Origin: Candidatus Kerfeldbacteria bacterium
GTDB taxonomy: Bacteria; Patescibacteriota; Patescibacteriia; SBBC01; CAIJZX01
Reading direction: 5' to 3'
Assembly (NCBI GenBank): GCA_963731735.1
Contig: CAVSWO010000002.1
Coordinates: 564,257-628,256, forward strand
Length of the DNA: 64,000 bases
Shown: positions 9,127 to 19,523 of the stretch, in pieces
Layout: every line of letters begins with the position of its first letter
How positions within the stretch are numbered: position 1 is the first letter of the stretch
Position numbers and translations under genes: made by a program
The notes under the pieces: model-generated
What the model was told of the DNA's origin: nothing
What the model saw: the letters and a program-made list of their open reading frames with translations, nothing else
Database searches by the model: none

Positions 9127-9827
9127 TGCCGGACGCGACGGATTGGATAGTAATTCCAACCTTTAATGAACGGGCGAATGTCGGACCGTTGTTGACCGCG
9201 ATTCGTCGGGTGTATACTGGCCAGATTTTATTTGTGGATGACAGTTCACCGGATGGAACGGGCCTAGCGGTTCAGCAACTAGCCGCACATGATCCCGGTA
9301 TCCATTTGTTGACTCGGCCGCGCAAACAGGGATTAGCGGCCGCCTATCGCGAAGGATTGACGCGGGCATTGCAGCAGGGCGCCCAGCGGATTCTCCACAT
9401 GGACGCCGATCGATCACATGACCCGCGAGCAATTCCCGAATTATTGTCCGAGCTCAGTCGCGCCGATGTGGTGGTTGGTTCACGCTACGTCGCCGGCGGG
9501 ACGCTCGATATTCCGTTCCACCGACGCGTCATCAGCGCCATTGGGAATCAATATATTCAGTTACTCCTGGGCCGCAACGTTCATGATTGGAGCTCCGGGT
9601 GTTGTGCCTGGCGAGCCCCAATGCTGGCCCGGGCGCTCACTGCCGCCACCACCACGGTCGGCTATGCTTGGCTGATTGAAATGAAATGGCGAGCCAAACA
9701 AGCCGGTGCGCGAATGGCGGAAGTCCCACTGCGCTTTACGGATCGGACCGAAGGGGAGTCAAAATTTTCGTGGCAAATCATGGCCGAAGATTTACGTACG
9801 GCCTGGCGTTTACACCGGGGGCGCTAG
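9126..9827 (+). CDS. GT2-family glycosyltransferase (polyprenol-phosphate mannose/glucose synthase, Dpm1/GtrB-like)
   Basis: Motifs IVIPTFNERANV, FVDDSSPDGT and HMDADRSHDP (DxD) are present, in a 233-aa ORF. Confidence 0.7.
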   Translation: MPDATDWIVIPTFNERANVGPLLTAIRRVYTGQILFVDDSSPDGTGLAVQQLAAHDPGIHLLTRPRKQGLAAAYREGLTRALQQGAQRILHMDADRSHDPRAIPELLSELSRADVVVGSRYVAGGTLDIPFHRRVISAIGNQYIQLLLGRNVHDWSSGCCAWRAPMLARALTAATTTVGYAWLIEMKWRAKQAGARMAEVPLRFTDRTEGESKFSWQIMAEDLRTAWRLHRGR

Positions 9828-9829
9828 AC

Positions 9830-9858
9830 TTGCCAAGACCGAAAAAAACTGCTAAACT
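9830..9858 (+). promoter_or_regulatory. Sigma70-like promoter TTGCCA-17-TAAACT upstream of tRNA-Val
   Basis: The -35 is TTGCCA at 9830-9835, followed by a 17-nt spacer and TAAACT at 9853-9858. Confidence 0.35.
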
Positions 9859-9902
9859 CCGGCTATTCTGGCGTGTTTTCCGCTGTTTCGGCACGCACTC
9901 GC

Positions 9903-9979
9903 GGCCACTTAGCTCAGTTGGTTAGAGCGCACCGTTCACATCGGTGAGGTCGCTGGTCCGAATCCAGCAGTGGCCACCA
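9903..9979 (+). tRNA. tRNA-Val (anticodon CAC)
   Basis: Manual fold: acceptor GGCCACT/AGTGGCC, D-arm GCTC..GAGC, anticodon stem CACCG/CGGTG with loop TTCACAT, T-arm GCTGG-TCCGAAT-CCAGC, encoded CCA. Confidence 0.8.
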
Positions 9980-9994
9980 GATCAATCTATTTTC

Positions 9995-10708
9995 ATGCCC
10001 CCAGCCTCTTCATCAAAGAAAAACTCCGGCGCTGCCAGTAATCCAATTGGTGACCCCAAGTCCTTTCGCGGCTACAGCACCAATTTCCAGAAGATGGCCA
10101 AACCCGAAAAGAAATCGGATTTTTTACCGAAGTTCAAGAATTCATTCGGAGGCTTTGTAATCGAAGTCGCCAAGATTGTAATCATCGCACTGATCATCAT
10201 CCGACCGGTGCACGCCTTCCTGATCCAGCCGTTTTACGTCAAAGGCGCTTCGATGGAACCGAATTTTCATGATCAAGACTACTTGATCGTCGATCAATTA
10301 TCCTATCGGTTGCATGACCCGCGCCGTGGTGATGTGGTGGTGATTCACAATCCGTTCCAGGCAAATGAATTTTTCATCAAACGGATCATCGGCCTGCCGA
10401 ATGAGACAGTTCGGATTGCCGACAATACAGTGACCATTACCAATACCGAACATCCCAACGGGTTTGTCCTGGATGAGACGCCGTATCTCGAACCGAATGT
10501 CCAAACACCCGGGAATATCGAAGTTGCACTCAGCGCTGATGAGTACTACGTGATGGGCGATAATCGAACCGCCAGCCTAGATTCTCGCAGCTTTGGACCC
10601 ATTACCCGCGAATCGATAGTTGGCCGAACGGCGCTCCGGGCCTGGCCAATCTATCAAGCTCGAACGTTCCAGACGCCGAACTATACTCCAGCCACTAGTA
10701 CCCCGTAA
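9995..10708 (+). CDS. lepB: Signal peptidase I (S26 family)
   Basis: GASMEPN (Ser box), RGDVVVI and KRIIGLPNE boxes, with an N-terminal TM. The track ORF start lies inside the tRNA, so I trimmed to the first ATG after it (9995); 10093 is an alternative. Confidence 0.7.
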   Translation: MPPASSSKKNSGAASNPIGDPKSFRGYSTNFQKMAKPEKKSDFLPKFKNSFGGFVIEVAKIVIIALIIIRPVHAFLIQPFYVKGASMEPNFHDQDYLIVDQLSYRLHDPRRGDVVVIHNPFQANEFFIKRIIGLPNETVRIADNTVTITNTEHPNGFVLDETPYLEPNVQTPGNIEVALSADEYYVMGDNRTASLDSRSFGPITRESIVGRTALRAWPIYQARTFQTPNYTPATSTP

Positions 10709-10710
10709 GT

Positions 10711-12117
10711 ATGCCCAAAGAATCATCCACCCCGCCGCAGCTGCTCCGCGGCATGAAAGACATTCTCCCGGTTGATCAAGAATACTGGGACTGGATTTAC
10801 GGTCAGATACAGCGCCTGGCGGCTGACTTTAGCTTCCAACGAATCGAAACCCCGGTGCTGGAAGCGACCAGCTTGTTTAATCGGTCAGTCGGAGACCAAA
10901 CTGACATCATTCAAAAAGAGATGTACACCTTTACGGATAAGAACGGGGACTCGGTCAGCCTGCGTCCGGAGAATACCGCCGGGGTAGTCCGGGCCTATAT
11001 TGAGCACGGTATGCTGAATCAGCCGCAACCGGTTAAACTCTGGTACTTCGGTCCGTTTTTCCGCCATGACCGGCCCCAAGCCGGCCGCTATCGCCAATTT
11101 TGGCAATACGGGTTCGAGGTCTTTGGGGCTGACCAGCCAATCATCGAAGCCCAACTGATCCTCTTGACCCGCGGTTTGTTTACGGCCCTGGGGATTGAAA
11201 CGACGCTGCAAATCAACAGTATTGGGAACGCCACCACCCGCCAGCATTTCACCAAAGCCCTGCAGGCATTTATGAAAAACAAGAAGTCGGAGTTGAGTGA
11301 TGACCAGCGCCTACTGCTGCAAAAAAACCCACTCCGGCTGCTTGACAGTAAAGATGAAAAAATCCGCTCACTGCTTGAGGGGGCGCCGCAGATGCTGGAT
11401 TACCTGGATGACGAGTCCAAGCAGCACTTTGAAGCGGTGGTCGAGTATTTAGATGAACTCGATATTCCGTTTGTCTTAAATCCTCGGCTGGTGCGCGGCC
11501 TCGATTACTACAATCGGACAGTCTTCGAATTCTGGGCCGCCGGCGACGATACCGGCGCGACCAGTTTAGCCGGTGGCGGACGATATGATCGGTTAGTTGA
11601 ACAACTCGGCGGTCGGCCGACGCCGGCGATTGGCCTGGCTGGCGGCATCGAACGCCTCATCTTGACCCTTAAGGAAAAGCAAATCGCTCCGCCGCCACCC
11701 GAACCCCCGGAACTCTATTTGGCACAACTGGGTGAACCGGCTCGCAAGAAAATGTTACGCTTGTTTGATCAGTTACGCAGCCATGGTTTACGGGTAGCCG
11801 AATCGATGACCAAGGATGGACTCAAGCAACAACTCGAAAACGCCAACAAGGTCGGCGCCCACTACACCCTGATCATTGGGCAAAAGGAATTGATGGATGA
11901 TACGGTGCTGATCCGCGACATGGAAAACGGCATGCAAGAAGTGGTGGCTTATGACAAGACGCCCGAAACCATGCAAAAGCGGTTGGCAAAAAGCCGAGCC
12001 AACGGCGTTAAGCCGGTAACCGGCCAGGTGCAGATTGAACGCTCAACGCTGCGCGATCCGGAACCGAGCGAGGTTGACGGTAATGATGGTGGCGATGGCG
12101 GCGACAGCGATGGTTGA
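10711..12117 (+). CDS. hisS: Histidyl-tRNA synthetase (class II)
   Basis: LRGMKDILP, FRHDRPQAGRYRQF (motif 2) and GGGRYDRL (motif 3). There is an acidic C-terminal tail. Confidence 0.85.
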   Translation: MPKESSTPPQLLRGMKDILPVDQEYWDWIYGQIQRLAADFSFQRIETPVLEATSLFNRSVGDQTDIIQKEMYTFTDKNGDSVSLRPENTAGVVRAYIEHGMLNQPQPVKLWYFGPFFRHDRPQAGRYRQFWQYGFEVFGADQPIIEAQLILLTRGLFTALGIETTLQINSIGNATTRQHFTKALQAFMKNKKSELSDDQRLLLQKNPLRLLDSKDEKIRSLLEGAPQMLDYLDDESKQHFEAVVEYLDELDIPFVLNPRLVRGLDYYNRTVFEFWAAGDDTGATSLAGGGRYDRLVEQLGGRPTPAIGLAGGIERLILTLKEKQIAPPPPEPPELYLAQLGEPARKKMLRLFDQLRSHGLRVAESMTKDGLKQQLENANKVGAHYTLIIGQKELMDDTVLIRDMENGMQEVVAYDKTPETMQKRLAKSRANGVKPVTGQVQIERSTLRDPEPSEVDGNDGGDGGDSDG

Positions 12118-12460
12118 GGCGGATTGCATCTTTTGCAAGATCGCGACCCGGGAATTGCCGAGTACCCCGGTCCATGAAGACCAAGAATTTATGGCCTTTC
12201 CGGACCTGCACCCGAAAGCTCCGGTCCATATTTTGCTGATTCCCAAGCAGCACGTTTTGCGCTCAATTGCAGACATGACGGCCAATCAACAGGCCATGCT
12301 GGGACGGCTGCTGGACGTGGCGCACCAGATTGCCGAGCAACAGGGGATCGCGGATGACGGCTATCGGCTGGTTTTCAACGTTCGCCACCATGGCGGGCAG
12401 GAAGTAGACCATCTGCATCTCCACATCTTGGGCGGCCAACCACTGGGACCGCTCGGGTAG
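12110..12460 (+). CDS. HIT-family (histidine triad) nucleotide hydrolase
   Basis: CIFCKI and the HLHLHILGG triad. The ATG at 12110 overlaps the hisS stop by 8 nt. Confidence 0.75.
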   Translation: MVEADCIFCKIATRELPSTPVHEDQEFMAFPDLHPKAPVHILLIPKQHVLRSIADMTANQQAMLGRLLDVAHQIAEQQGIADDGYRLVFNVRHHGGQEVDHLHLHILGGQPLGPLG

Positions 12461-12481
12461 TCAGAAGAACGAATAAACGAT

Positions 12482-12510
12482 TTGACGCTCGACCCAAAAG
12501 ATGGTAGAGT
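12482..12510 (+). promoter_or_regulatory. Sigma70-like promoter TTGACG-17-TAGAGT upstream of rpsU
   Basis: Consensus-like hexamers with 17-nt spacing. A GAGAGGAGG SD lies before the ATG at 12585. Confidence 0.5.
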
Positions 12511-12584
12511 AGCACCACTCTCCGTCCGGTTGGATTTCTCCGAAAATCTGTTTTCCGGGCCCTTTCGAGAGGAGGTTATGATGC

Positions 12585-12860
12585 ATGATTGAAGTTCGCA
12601 AACGCAATAACGAATCGAACGAAAGCTTGCTTCGGCGTTTTTCAAAGCGCGTGCAGCAAAGCGGCGTTCTCCTCCGCGCCAAGAAGCGGCGTTTTTATGA
12701 AGCGCCAAAAAATAAGCGCGAGATGCGAGTTGATGCACTTCGGCGCAACACGATCCGGCAAGAACGAGAACTCCTACGAAAGATTGGTAAACTCGAAGAA
12801 TACGATCAAAAGAAACGCGGTAATCGGCCAAAACGTTTACCCTCAATTCCAAAAACCTAA
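12585..12860 (+). CDS. rpsU: 30S ribosomal protein S21 (C-terminally extended)
   Basis: N-terminus MIEVRKRNNESNESLLRRFSKRVQQSGVL...RRFYEAP matches the S21 signature. Confidence 0.8.
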   Translation: MIEVRKRNNESNESLLRRFSKRVQQSGVLLRAKKRRFYEAPKNKREMRVDALRRNTIRQERELLRKIGKLEEYDQKKRGNRPKRLPSIPKT

Positions 12861-12869
12861 TCCCTTCGC

Positions 12870-13313
12870 ATGAGTCTCATCGAGACCCTCGAGCACGATT
12901 ACAAAGAGGCTTTTAAAGCGCACCAAGCCGCCAAGGTGGCGGTTTTGCGCATGGTTAAAGCGGCGCTTAAAAACGCTGAAATTGAAGCTCGGCACGAATT
13001 GTCCGACGAGGAGGTGATTGCGGTTATGACCAAAGAAGCCAAACGCCGGCGTGAGGCAATTGCCATGTATCTCCAAGCCGGACGCCAATCCCTGGTTGAT
13101 CAAGAGAATGCTGAATTGCAGGAATTGATGTACTACCTCCCGACCCAATTTAGCGACAGTGAACTTGAAACCGAAGTCAAAAAGGTGATTGACCAACTCC
13201 AAGCCGGACCGAACGATTTCGGTCAGGTGATGGGCATGGTCATGAAGAACATCAAAGGCCAAGCCGACGGCAATCGAGTATCGGCTACCGTCAAACGGCT
13301 GCTGGCCAAATAA
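12870..13313 (+). CDS. yqeY: GatB/YqeY-domain protein
   Basis: Typical YqeY N-terminus (EAFKAHQAAKVAVLRMVKAALKNAE) and a 147-aa size. Confidence 0.75.
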   Translation: MSLIETLEHDYKEAFKAHQAAKVAVLRMVKAALKNAEIEARHELSDEEVIAVMTKEAKRRREAIAMYLQAGRQSLVDQENAELQELMYYLPTQFSDSELETEVKKVIDQLQAGPNDFGQVMGMVMKNIKGQADGNRVSATVKRLLAK

Positions 13314-13336
13314 ATATTTTTTCAAACACATAATTC

Positions 13337-16300
13337 ATGATCCGCGGATTCCGCCAATCCCGTCTACGCTACCTTTTGCCCGCCGTTTTCATCGGTGGTG
13401 CTTGCGCCTGGGCGCTGGTAGCTTGGCATCCAGTGCAAGCCCAAACGGCCAGCACCTTTAGCATCGAATCTGTCGGACAGCAGGTCGGACTTGGCAATGC
13501 CGATTTGCGCCAAGTGGCCATCAATATCATTCGCTGGTTGCTTGGATTTGTGACCCTGATTGCAGTCGCCTACCTGGTGTATGGCGGCTATCTGTGGATG
13601 ACCGCGGCCGGGAATGAACAGCGGGTTGAAAAAGCTAAACAGGTGATTTTGCAGGCGGTGATCGGCCTGGTAATTATTATCCTCGCCTGGGCAATTGTCT
13701 TGTTCGTGGCGCGGACGGTGGCGGAAACTACCAATACCAATAATACCAACGGCGGAGGCGGCGGAGGCTGTATTGGGTTCGAGTGTTTGTCTACGCCAAA
13801 AACCTTTGACCTGACGGGTGTCACGACCTGTTCGGCCCGACCGGATTATGCAAAAAATGTTCCGCGAGCCAGCGCCGTGTCTTTGACCTTCAACCATGAC
13901 ATTGATATTGCAACCGTCCAAGCTGCCGTTACCGATGCGGTGGCCGCGAACCCAAACCTCGTGATTGAAAAGTGTGATGCTGGCGATTGCGCGAATCGAA
14001 CAACCCTCGTCAAACCGCTCCAAAACCAAGTCTATTCGGGCACGACCCCGAAAGGTGCGGCTGGCACGCCGTTATCCGAGTGGGTTACCCATGACAATAC
14101 GGTGACGTTCTACCATACGTCATTTTCAACTGATGAAAACAATTCGGACAACTTGTACTTTGAACCGAATACTACCTACCAACTGACGGTCCCTGCCAAA
14201 GACGCTCCAACCGCCCTCAAAGATACCACCAGTCCCGGGCGAAGTCTGCAAAAGTGTCAGGCCAATTCGGCTAGACAACCGATTGAAGGTGACGGTTTCC
14301 TGGGTGAAAATTGCCGCGAAGTTGGCGATACGATTGTTTGGACTTTCACGACCGGCAGCGACATTGACGGACCGGAACTTACACCTCGCAGTACCACCCC
14401 AACCTCCGGTTACTTGACCGGTAACGGGGTTCCAGACCGGAACGTCAGTCGAACTGGTATTATCGGCATCGATTTCAACAATGCCATCGATCCGGCCTCT
14501 ATCACGACCGACAATTTTATCGTAACCAAGTATACAACCGCCCCAGACGCGACAAACGGAACCGGAGGAACGCTTGATGCGACGGCGCTCCCGGCTAGCG
14601 ACTTTGTGATTCGAGTCAACGGTAGCGGAACTGGCGGCTGGTTACAACTCAAAGCCGGCAATCTATTTGACCCGTTTACCTGGTATCAGGTGCGGGTCAA
14701 AGACGTTCGGAATTTATGTGGTACGGCCCAAAATCCAAATCCGTATGAATGGGTATTTGAAACGAACGATACGGTACCGGGGGTCAAACTAGTCTATCCA
14801 AAAAACGACGCCAAAAACATTTGTCCATCAACCGAGGTCTTTATCAAGTTCTCGACCTCGATGTGGCGAATCGATAGTGGCAGCACTACCTGCCAACCTG
14901 CTTCGGGCGGGAGCTACGTGACGAACGGCACACTGGCACCCAATCCGGGCCGTGGGTTCGTGGTGGAAGACGAACTTGACCCCAACAACCCGAATAACTC
15001 TTGCACGAAATACGCCTTCACACCAACCGAGACTTTACTGACTCCGGACAAACCTCATACCGCTTCGGTTACGACCAGCTTGGTGATTAATCAAGACGGT
15101 AACACGTTAAATCGAAACTGGACTTTCACAACCAGCAAAGCTGACCAGTGTATCCAAGAACCGTATATTGATCGAGTTGAAGCGAACACGGGTACTAACG
15201 GCCAATGTGTCTCGGTGATTGGGAACTACTTTGAAAAACAGCCACCGGGTGGCACACGCGAAACCGATGGCCAAGGATCCGATAAACTTTTCCTCTCGAC
15301 CGTTGACCAAAAGAATGCCAAGTCTTGGAAACAAAATGTGATTGTCAGTACGGTTAATGATGGGACGCCAGATTCGCCGGCTTTAGTGCCCGGACCTCAG
15401 CCATATAAAGTGGTACTCGATTACGGGGGAACAATTGGTCAGCTTGAAAGTAATACGGTCGATTTCAATTTACAAGCTGGTGGCGGTACACTGGGTGTCT
15501 GCTTGGTTGGTGTCACCCCAGATCAAGGTCCAGCCGGTACCAATACCACCCTGAGCGGTGAAGGCTTTGGTGGATTTGGTGCAAACAGCGCCGTAACGTT
15601 TTCGGGTGGACCGAACTGGGGAGTGGCGGCCGGAAACTGGAGTGATGGACGAATTAGTCCAGCCCAGGTGCCAACTACTACCCCTGATGGATCAGGATTG
15701 GTACGTGTACAGACGAATGGTGGTGCACTTTCGAATCCAGTTCCCTTTACCGTCACCGTACCGAATACGGGTGGGGGAGGTGGCGATACGGTTCCCCGAG
15801 TTGAAGAATCGGCGCAGTGTAATATTGCTCAAAACGAGATCCCAAGTCCGAACCCGAAGCGCAATGATAACCAAGCCTGTCTCAATACACAGGTCAGCGC
15901 CCGGTTTACACTCGATATGGATCAGAATTCTTTGAATAGCACCAATATTTTCTTACAAAAATGTGATCCGGTTTGTACGACCGCGGTGGCCAGCAGTGTG
16001 GTCGCAACTGGATTGCGTGGATTTACGCTCACACCAGACGCGAACCTTGAACCGTCAACTCGCTATCAAGTTACGGTCACCACCGGAGTGCAGAGTAATG
16101 CCAGCCCGGCGGTTCCGATGGCTGGGCCGTATACTTGGCAATTCACCACCAAGGCTGATGGAGCAAATTGTGCCCCGGCCGGTGTGACGGTTTCATCGAA
16201 CTCAGCTTTTGGGAATGCGATTCAAAGTTCAGCCACTCGCTATACCTACAGTGACCCAGTTCCTTACGGCGTCAATCTAACTGCCAATGTGGTTGATGCC

Positions 16301-19009
16301 GAGTGCCGTACTCTGATCCCAGGTTCGCTCAGTTTTGCCTGGGGGACGACGGATCAAAGTGTCGCTACCCTGACCCCAAACGATGCGCAAACTATCTTAG
16401 CGCATAGCCCAGCCACACCGGTTGCTGGTTCAAGTAACGTCAATGTCAAGGTTGACCAACTGACTTCGGCGAACGTCCAAATTAATTACGATCCGGTTTC
16501 CTGTCAAACAGACAGCGACTGTGCTTCCAATACATATGGTGCGTGCAGTGGCTCGACCTGTGAAAATAATCGTTGTACGCCGGTCGTGACGGAGCTGACG
16601 CCAACGACGGCGCCGATTGGTGACCTGATGACCATCAAAGGTTGCTGGTTTGGCGACTATGATGACACCATCAGCCAGGTAACCTTCCTCGGACAATCGG
16701 GAACGACCGATGATCAATCCGGAATAATCCCAGACTCGGCAATCTGCGGTCCGGCTTCGAACACCTGGACCAATGAAAGAATAGTTCGGGAAATTCCGAA
16801 CCGCACCACCCCGGATCCAAGCGATGATGCTGTGACGGGACCGGTTGAAGTCACACGCTTTGATAACAAACTTGCCCAAAGTCCGTCGGACTATGTGCCA
16901 ACCAATGACAATTTATCGCCAGGGATTTGCGCGGTCAATCCATCGTCAGGTCTGACGGGAACCGCGGTAACGGTCAAGGGTTTCCGTTTCGGGGCTGACG
17001 AAAGCAATAAGCGGCCAACGAACGACCAAGTCAATATCACCCGCATTGGTGGAAACACCGCGGTTATGTCGGTCTATGGTAACTGGTCAGATACCAGCAT
17101 CGGGACACAGATCCCTCCGTCAGCGGCAGTTGGTGCAAGCAATGTGAAGGTCAAGAATGACGACGTTGACTCTTCTAATGATTGGCCATTTACCGTGACC
17201 GATACGGGCGCGACCACCTGTGCGCAGTATTGTAGTAACGATAACCAATGTGGTGCTGGCCAGGGATGTGGAACAGATTTCTGCTGCAGCGCTCGGCCGA
17301 AAGTCACCGGAACCTCGCCGTCAGCCAATGCCACCAATGTCTGCCGTAACAGTCAACTTGATCTGACGTTTGACCAGCCGCTAGCCGTGCAATCGGGCGC
17401 AGTCGTTTACAGCGATGGGGGAACACCGGTTTCAGGTTCGACCCATCTCCAAAATAGTTCAACCACCGGCACCCTGAGCTATCAACCGGGTTTGTTACAG
17501 CCAGACTCTTCGCAACTCATCACGCTCAATCCGAATGCGATTCGCAGCTTGAAGGGCGTCACGGCCAGCAATACGTTTCCGACCGATTGTACCCTGGTGG
17601 CTCGGCCTCGGACACAGCCGAATCAAATATTGTGTTACCAAACCGGAAAAGATATTTGTCAGATTGATCAAATTCGGGTCCGGACTGAGGATGGATTGAA
17701 TACCCACCGCTTCACCAGTGTCGATGAAGTCATGCAGTATCGGGCCGAAGCCCTTTCGAATCGTGATGGCGGAACCGTAATCGTGCCGGTGCCGGGCACC
17801 TACGCCTGGACGTGGTCGTGGCAAAGCGCAAACTCGACGATCGCCACCGTCGGCTTGACCAGCGGCGCTAGCGCCAATCCGAGTACGAGTGACGTTACGG
17901 CCAAGAGTAACGGACGGACCTTAGCTCAGGCTACCGCTACAATTACCGAAGACACCCAAGGGAATTCTACCGGGACGCAAAAAAACGGTTCGGGCGAAGC
18001 GATTGTGGATGTGTGTGATAACCCCTGGAGTTTTACTGACGCGAATGATAATTGTGATTCGGGAGGGACTTGCAACGACTTTCACTTCACGCTGAGTTAC
18101 TGCCAAGGACAAGATTCTGCCGACCTCCTGCCATATTTCTCTTATACTGGTTCGAATGCCCAATTGGGAGCGATTGAAGGACAAAATTCGGCCGATACAT
18201 CGCGACTGAAGAGCATCTTCTTCAAAGAAACCGCCAGTAGTAAAGACGTGATTGGCATGCTCATATTCGACAACCCCGACCTATTATCTCCGTATGATTG
18301 GTTCAAGCAGCGCTTCCCGCTCGATACCGGCGGTTCGAGTTCAATCATTGCCGGCTATCCGGCCTTCCGAACTGGTACGACCACCTACATTGGGATTACC
18401 GATTTGTCGGGTGGAACGCTCACCGGCCGGATGGTTGTCTTGGATTACAACTCGAATAACGCCTCGACCGAGACCCAAAATATTTATAATCAAATCGTGA
18501 CCAAGGCCGAATTCAATACCAATGTCACGGACATTACCGAGAAACAACAAATCTTGAACGACACCAAGCGGGTGCAGGACCTGGCTTCCCTGAAAACCAA
18601 ACTCGCCGCCTACAAGACGGCTCACGGCAGTTATCCAAGCTTGCAAGCCGGTACCTACATCATCGGACTGAGTGCTTCAACCTGGCCGTCCTGGCAGCAA
18701 ACGCTTGGCAACGAACTTGGGCAATCAGCCCCAACTGATCCGACCAATACGTTTGCGCCGGATTGCAAACAAAATGTTGGCGGGAGTTATGAGAATCAAA
18801 CCTGTTGGTCCGAGTCGCTCAAACAATTCCAATGCCCGGCCGACTCCTATGTCTATCTCTATCGATCCAGCGGAGATAGTTACACCCTGTCCGCGCGGAT
18901 GGAGTACCAGGGAACCGGGAATTTCCAACAAAACGCCGGCTTGTCGGACAGTTGCAGCGGCGTTGCCGGGGCCCAGTGTTCCTGCTTTAATTACCGGGTA
19001 ACACCTTAA
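13337..19009 (+). CDS. Giant (1890 aa) Cys-rich surface protein. N-terminal signal peptide plus VirB2/TrbC-like pilin TM hairpin; long extracellular Ig/IPT-like repeats; C-terminal type IV pilin/GspG-like globular domain
   Basis: N-terminus: signal peptide (..HPVQAQ), TM1 LLGFVTLIAVAYLVYGGYLWM, short loop, TM2 VIGLVIIILAWAIVLFVA, then NTNNTNGGGGGG. C-terminus: LAAYKTAHGSYPSL...DPTN...YVYLYRSSGDSYTLSARMEY resembles the GspG/pilin head. Confidence 0.8.
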   Translation: MIRGFRQSRLRYLLPAVFIGGACAWALVAWHPVQAQTASTFSIESVGQQVGLGNADLRQVAINIIRWLLGFVTLIAVAYLVYGGYLWMTAAGNEQRVEKAKQVILQAVIGLVIIILAWAIVLFVARTVAETTNTNNTNGGGGGGCIGFECLSTPKTFDLTGVTTCSARPDYAKNVPRASAVSLTFNHDIDIATVQAAVTDAVAANPNLVIEKCDAGDCANRTTLVKPLQNQVYSGTTPKGAAGTPLSEWVTHDNTVTFYHTSFSTDENNSDNLYFEPNTTYQLTVPAKDAPTALKDTTSPGRSLQKCQANSARQPIEGDGFLGENCREVGDTIVWTFTTGSDIDGPELTPRSTTPTSGYLTGNGVPDRNVSRTGIIGIDFNNAIDPASITTDNFIVTKYTTAPDATNGTGGTLDATALPASDFVIRVNGSGTGGWLQLKAGNLFDPFTWYQVRVKDVRNLCGTAQNPNPYEWVFETNDTVPGVKLVYPKNDAKNICPSTEVFIKFSTSMWRIDSGSTTCQPASGGSYVTNGTLAPNPGRGFVVEDELDPNNPNNSCTKYAFTPTETLLTPDKPHTASVTTSLVINQDGNTLNRNWTFTTSKADQCIQEPYIDRVEANTGTNGQCVSVIGNYFEKQPPGGTRETDGQGSDKLFLSTVDQKNAKSWKQNVIVSTVNDGTPDSPALVPGPQPYKVVLDYGGTIGQLESNTVDFNLQAGGGTLGVCLVGVTPDQGPAGTNTTLSGEGFGGFGANSAVTFSGGPNWGVAAGNWSDGRISPAQVPTTTPDGSGLVRVQTNGGALSNPVPFTVTVPNTGGGGGDTVPRVEESAQCNIAQNEIPSPNPKRNDNQACLNTQVSARFTLDMDQNSLNSTNIFLQKCDPVCTTAVASSVVATGLRGFTLTPDANLEPSTRYQVTVTTGVQSNASPAVPMAGPYTWQFTTKADGANCAPAGVTVSSNSAFGNAIQSSATRYTYSDPVPYGVNLTANVVDAECRTLIPGSLSFAWGTTDQSVATLTPNDAQTILAHSPATPVAGSSNVNVKVDQLTSANVQINYDPVSCQTDSDCASNTYGACSGSTCENNRCTPVVTELTPTTAPIGDLMTIKGCWFGDYDDTISQVTFLGQSGTTDDQSGIIPDSAICGPASNTWTNERIVREIPNRTTPDPSDDAVTGPVEVTRFDNKLAQSPSDYVPTNDNLSPGICAVNPSSGLTGTAVTVKGFRFGADESNKRPTNDQVNITRIGGNTAVMSVYGNWSDTSIGTQIPPSAAVGASNVKVKNDDVDSSNDWPFTVTDTGATTCAQYCSNDNQCGAGQGCGTDFCCSARPKVTGTSPSANATNVCRNSQLDLTFDQPLAVQSGAVVYSDGGTPVSGSTHLQNSSTTGTLSYQPGLLQPDSSQLITLNPNAIRSLKGVTASNTFPTDCTLVARPRTQPNQILCYQTGKDICQIDQIRVRTEDGLNTHRFTSVDEVMQYRAEALSNRDGGTVIVPVPGTYAWTWSWQSANSTIATVGLTSGASANPSTSDVTAKSNGRTLAQATATITEDTQGNSTGTQKNGSGEAIVDVCDNPWSFTDANDNCDSGGTCNDFHFTLSYCQGQDSADLLPYFSYTGSNAQLGAIEGQNSADTSRLKSIFFKETASSKDVIGMLIFDNPDLLSPYDWFKQRFPLDTGGSSSIIAGYPAFRTGTTTYIGITDLSGGTLTGRMVVLDYNSNNASTETQNIYNQIVTKAEFNTNVTDITEKQQILNDTKRVQDLASLKTKLAAYKTAHGSYPSLQAGTYIIGLSASTWPSWQQTLGNELGQSAPTDPTNTFAPDCKQNVGGSYENQTCWSESLKQFQCPADSYVYLYRSSGDSYTLSARMEYQGTGNFQQNAGLSDSCSGVAGAQCSCFNYRVTP

Positions 19010-19013
19010 AACG

Positions 19014-19514
19014 ATGGTCGAACAACCACTCCCAAACCAACCCTTACCCGATCCAGTCAACCCTTCCTGGTTGGCTCGATGGTGGAAAATTGGTATACTC
19101 ATCGTGCTTGCTTTCGGTCTGATTATCGTCGGTATCTGGATGCTTCGATCGAACACCAATGGTATGAATCAGCCGACGACCAACGGATCTGCGAATACCA
19201 ATACCGCAACCCGCTCAACCTTTGAGCGTTTCCCAACCGATACTCGTCAAGACACGGATGCGGACGGCCTGACCGACCAAGAGGAAGCCAAGTACGGCAC
19301 CAATCCAGAGTTGGCCGATTCGGACGGGGACGGATTGACTGATCGGGAAGAGATCCAGGTCTATCAAACGGATCCGCTCAAAGCCGATACCGATGGTGAT
19401 GGACGAACCGACAGCCAAGAAGTTCAGGCCGGAACAAATCCAAACGGCGACGGCCAATTACGGGACCTCCCGAGCGCCATTCAACAACTTCAATCATCGT
19501 CAACCAACAACTAA
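19014..19514 (+). CDS. Single-TM protein with thrombospondin type-3-like Ca-binding repeats
   Basis: TM is WWKIGILIVLAFGLIIVGIWML. Three DxDxDGxxDxxE repeats (DTDADGLTDQEE, DSDGDGLTDREE, DTDGDGRTDSQE). Confidence 0.7.
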   Translation: MVEQPLPNQPLPDPVNPSWLARWWKIGILIVLAFGLIIVGIWMLRSNTNGMNQPTTNGSANTNTATRSTFERFPTDTRQDTDADGLTDQEEAKYGTNPELADSDGDGLTDREEIQVYQTDPLKADTDGDGRTDSQEVQAGTNPNGDGQLRDLPSAIQQLQSSSTNN

Positions 19515-19523
19515 TTAACGCGT

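Noticed and set aside
13364-14029. 221-aa minus-strand ORF inside the giant gene
   Set aside because: It is antisense to the N-terminal pilin-hairpin region of a gene with clear domain structure and has no recognisable features.
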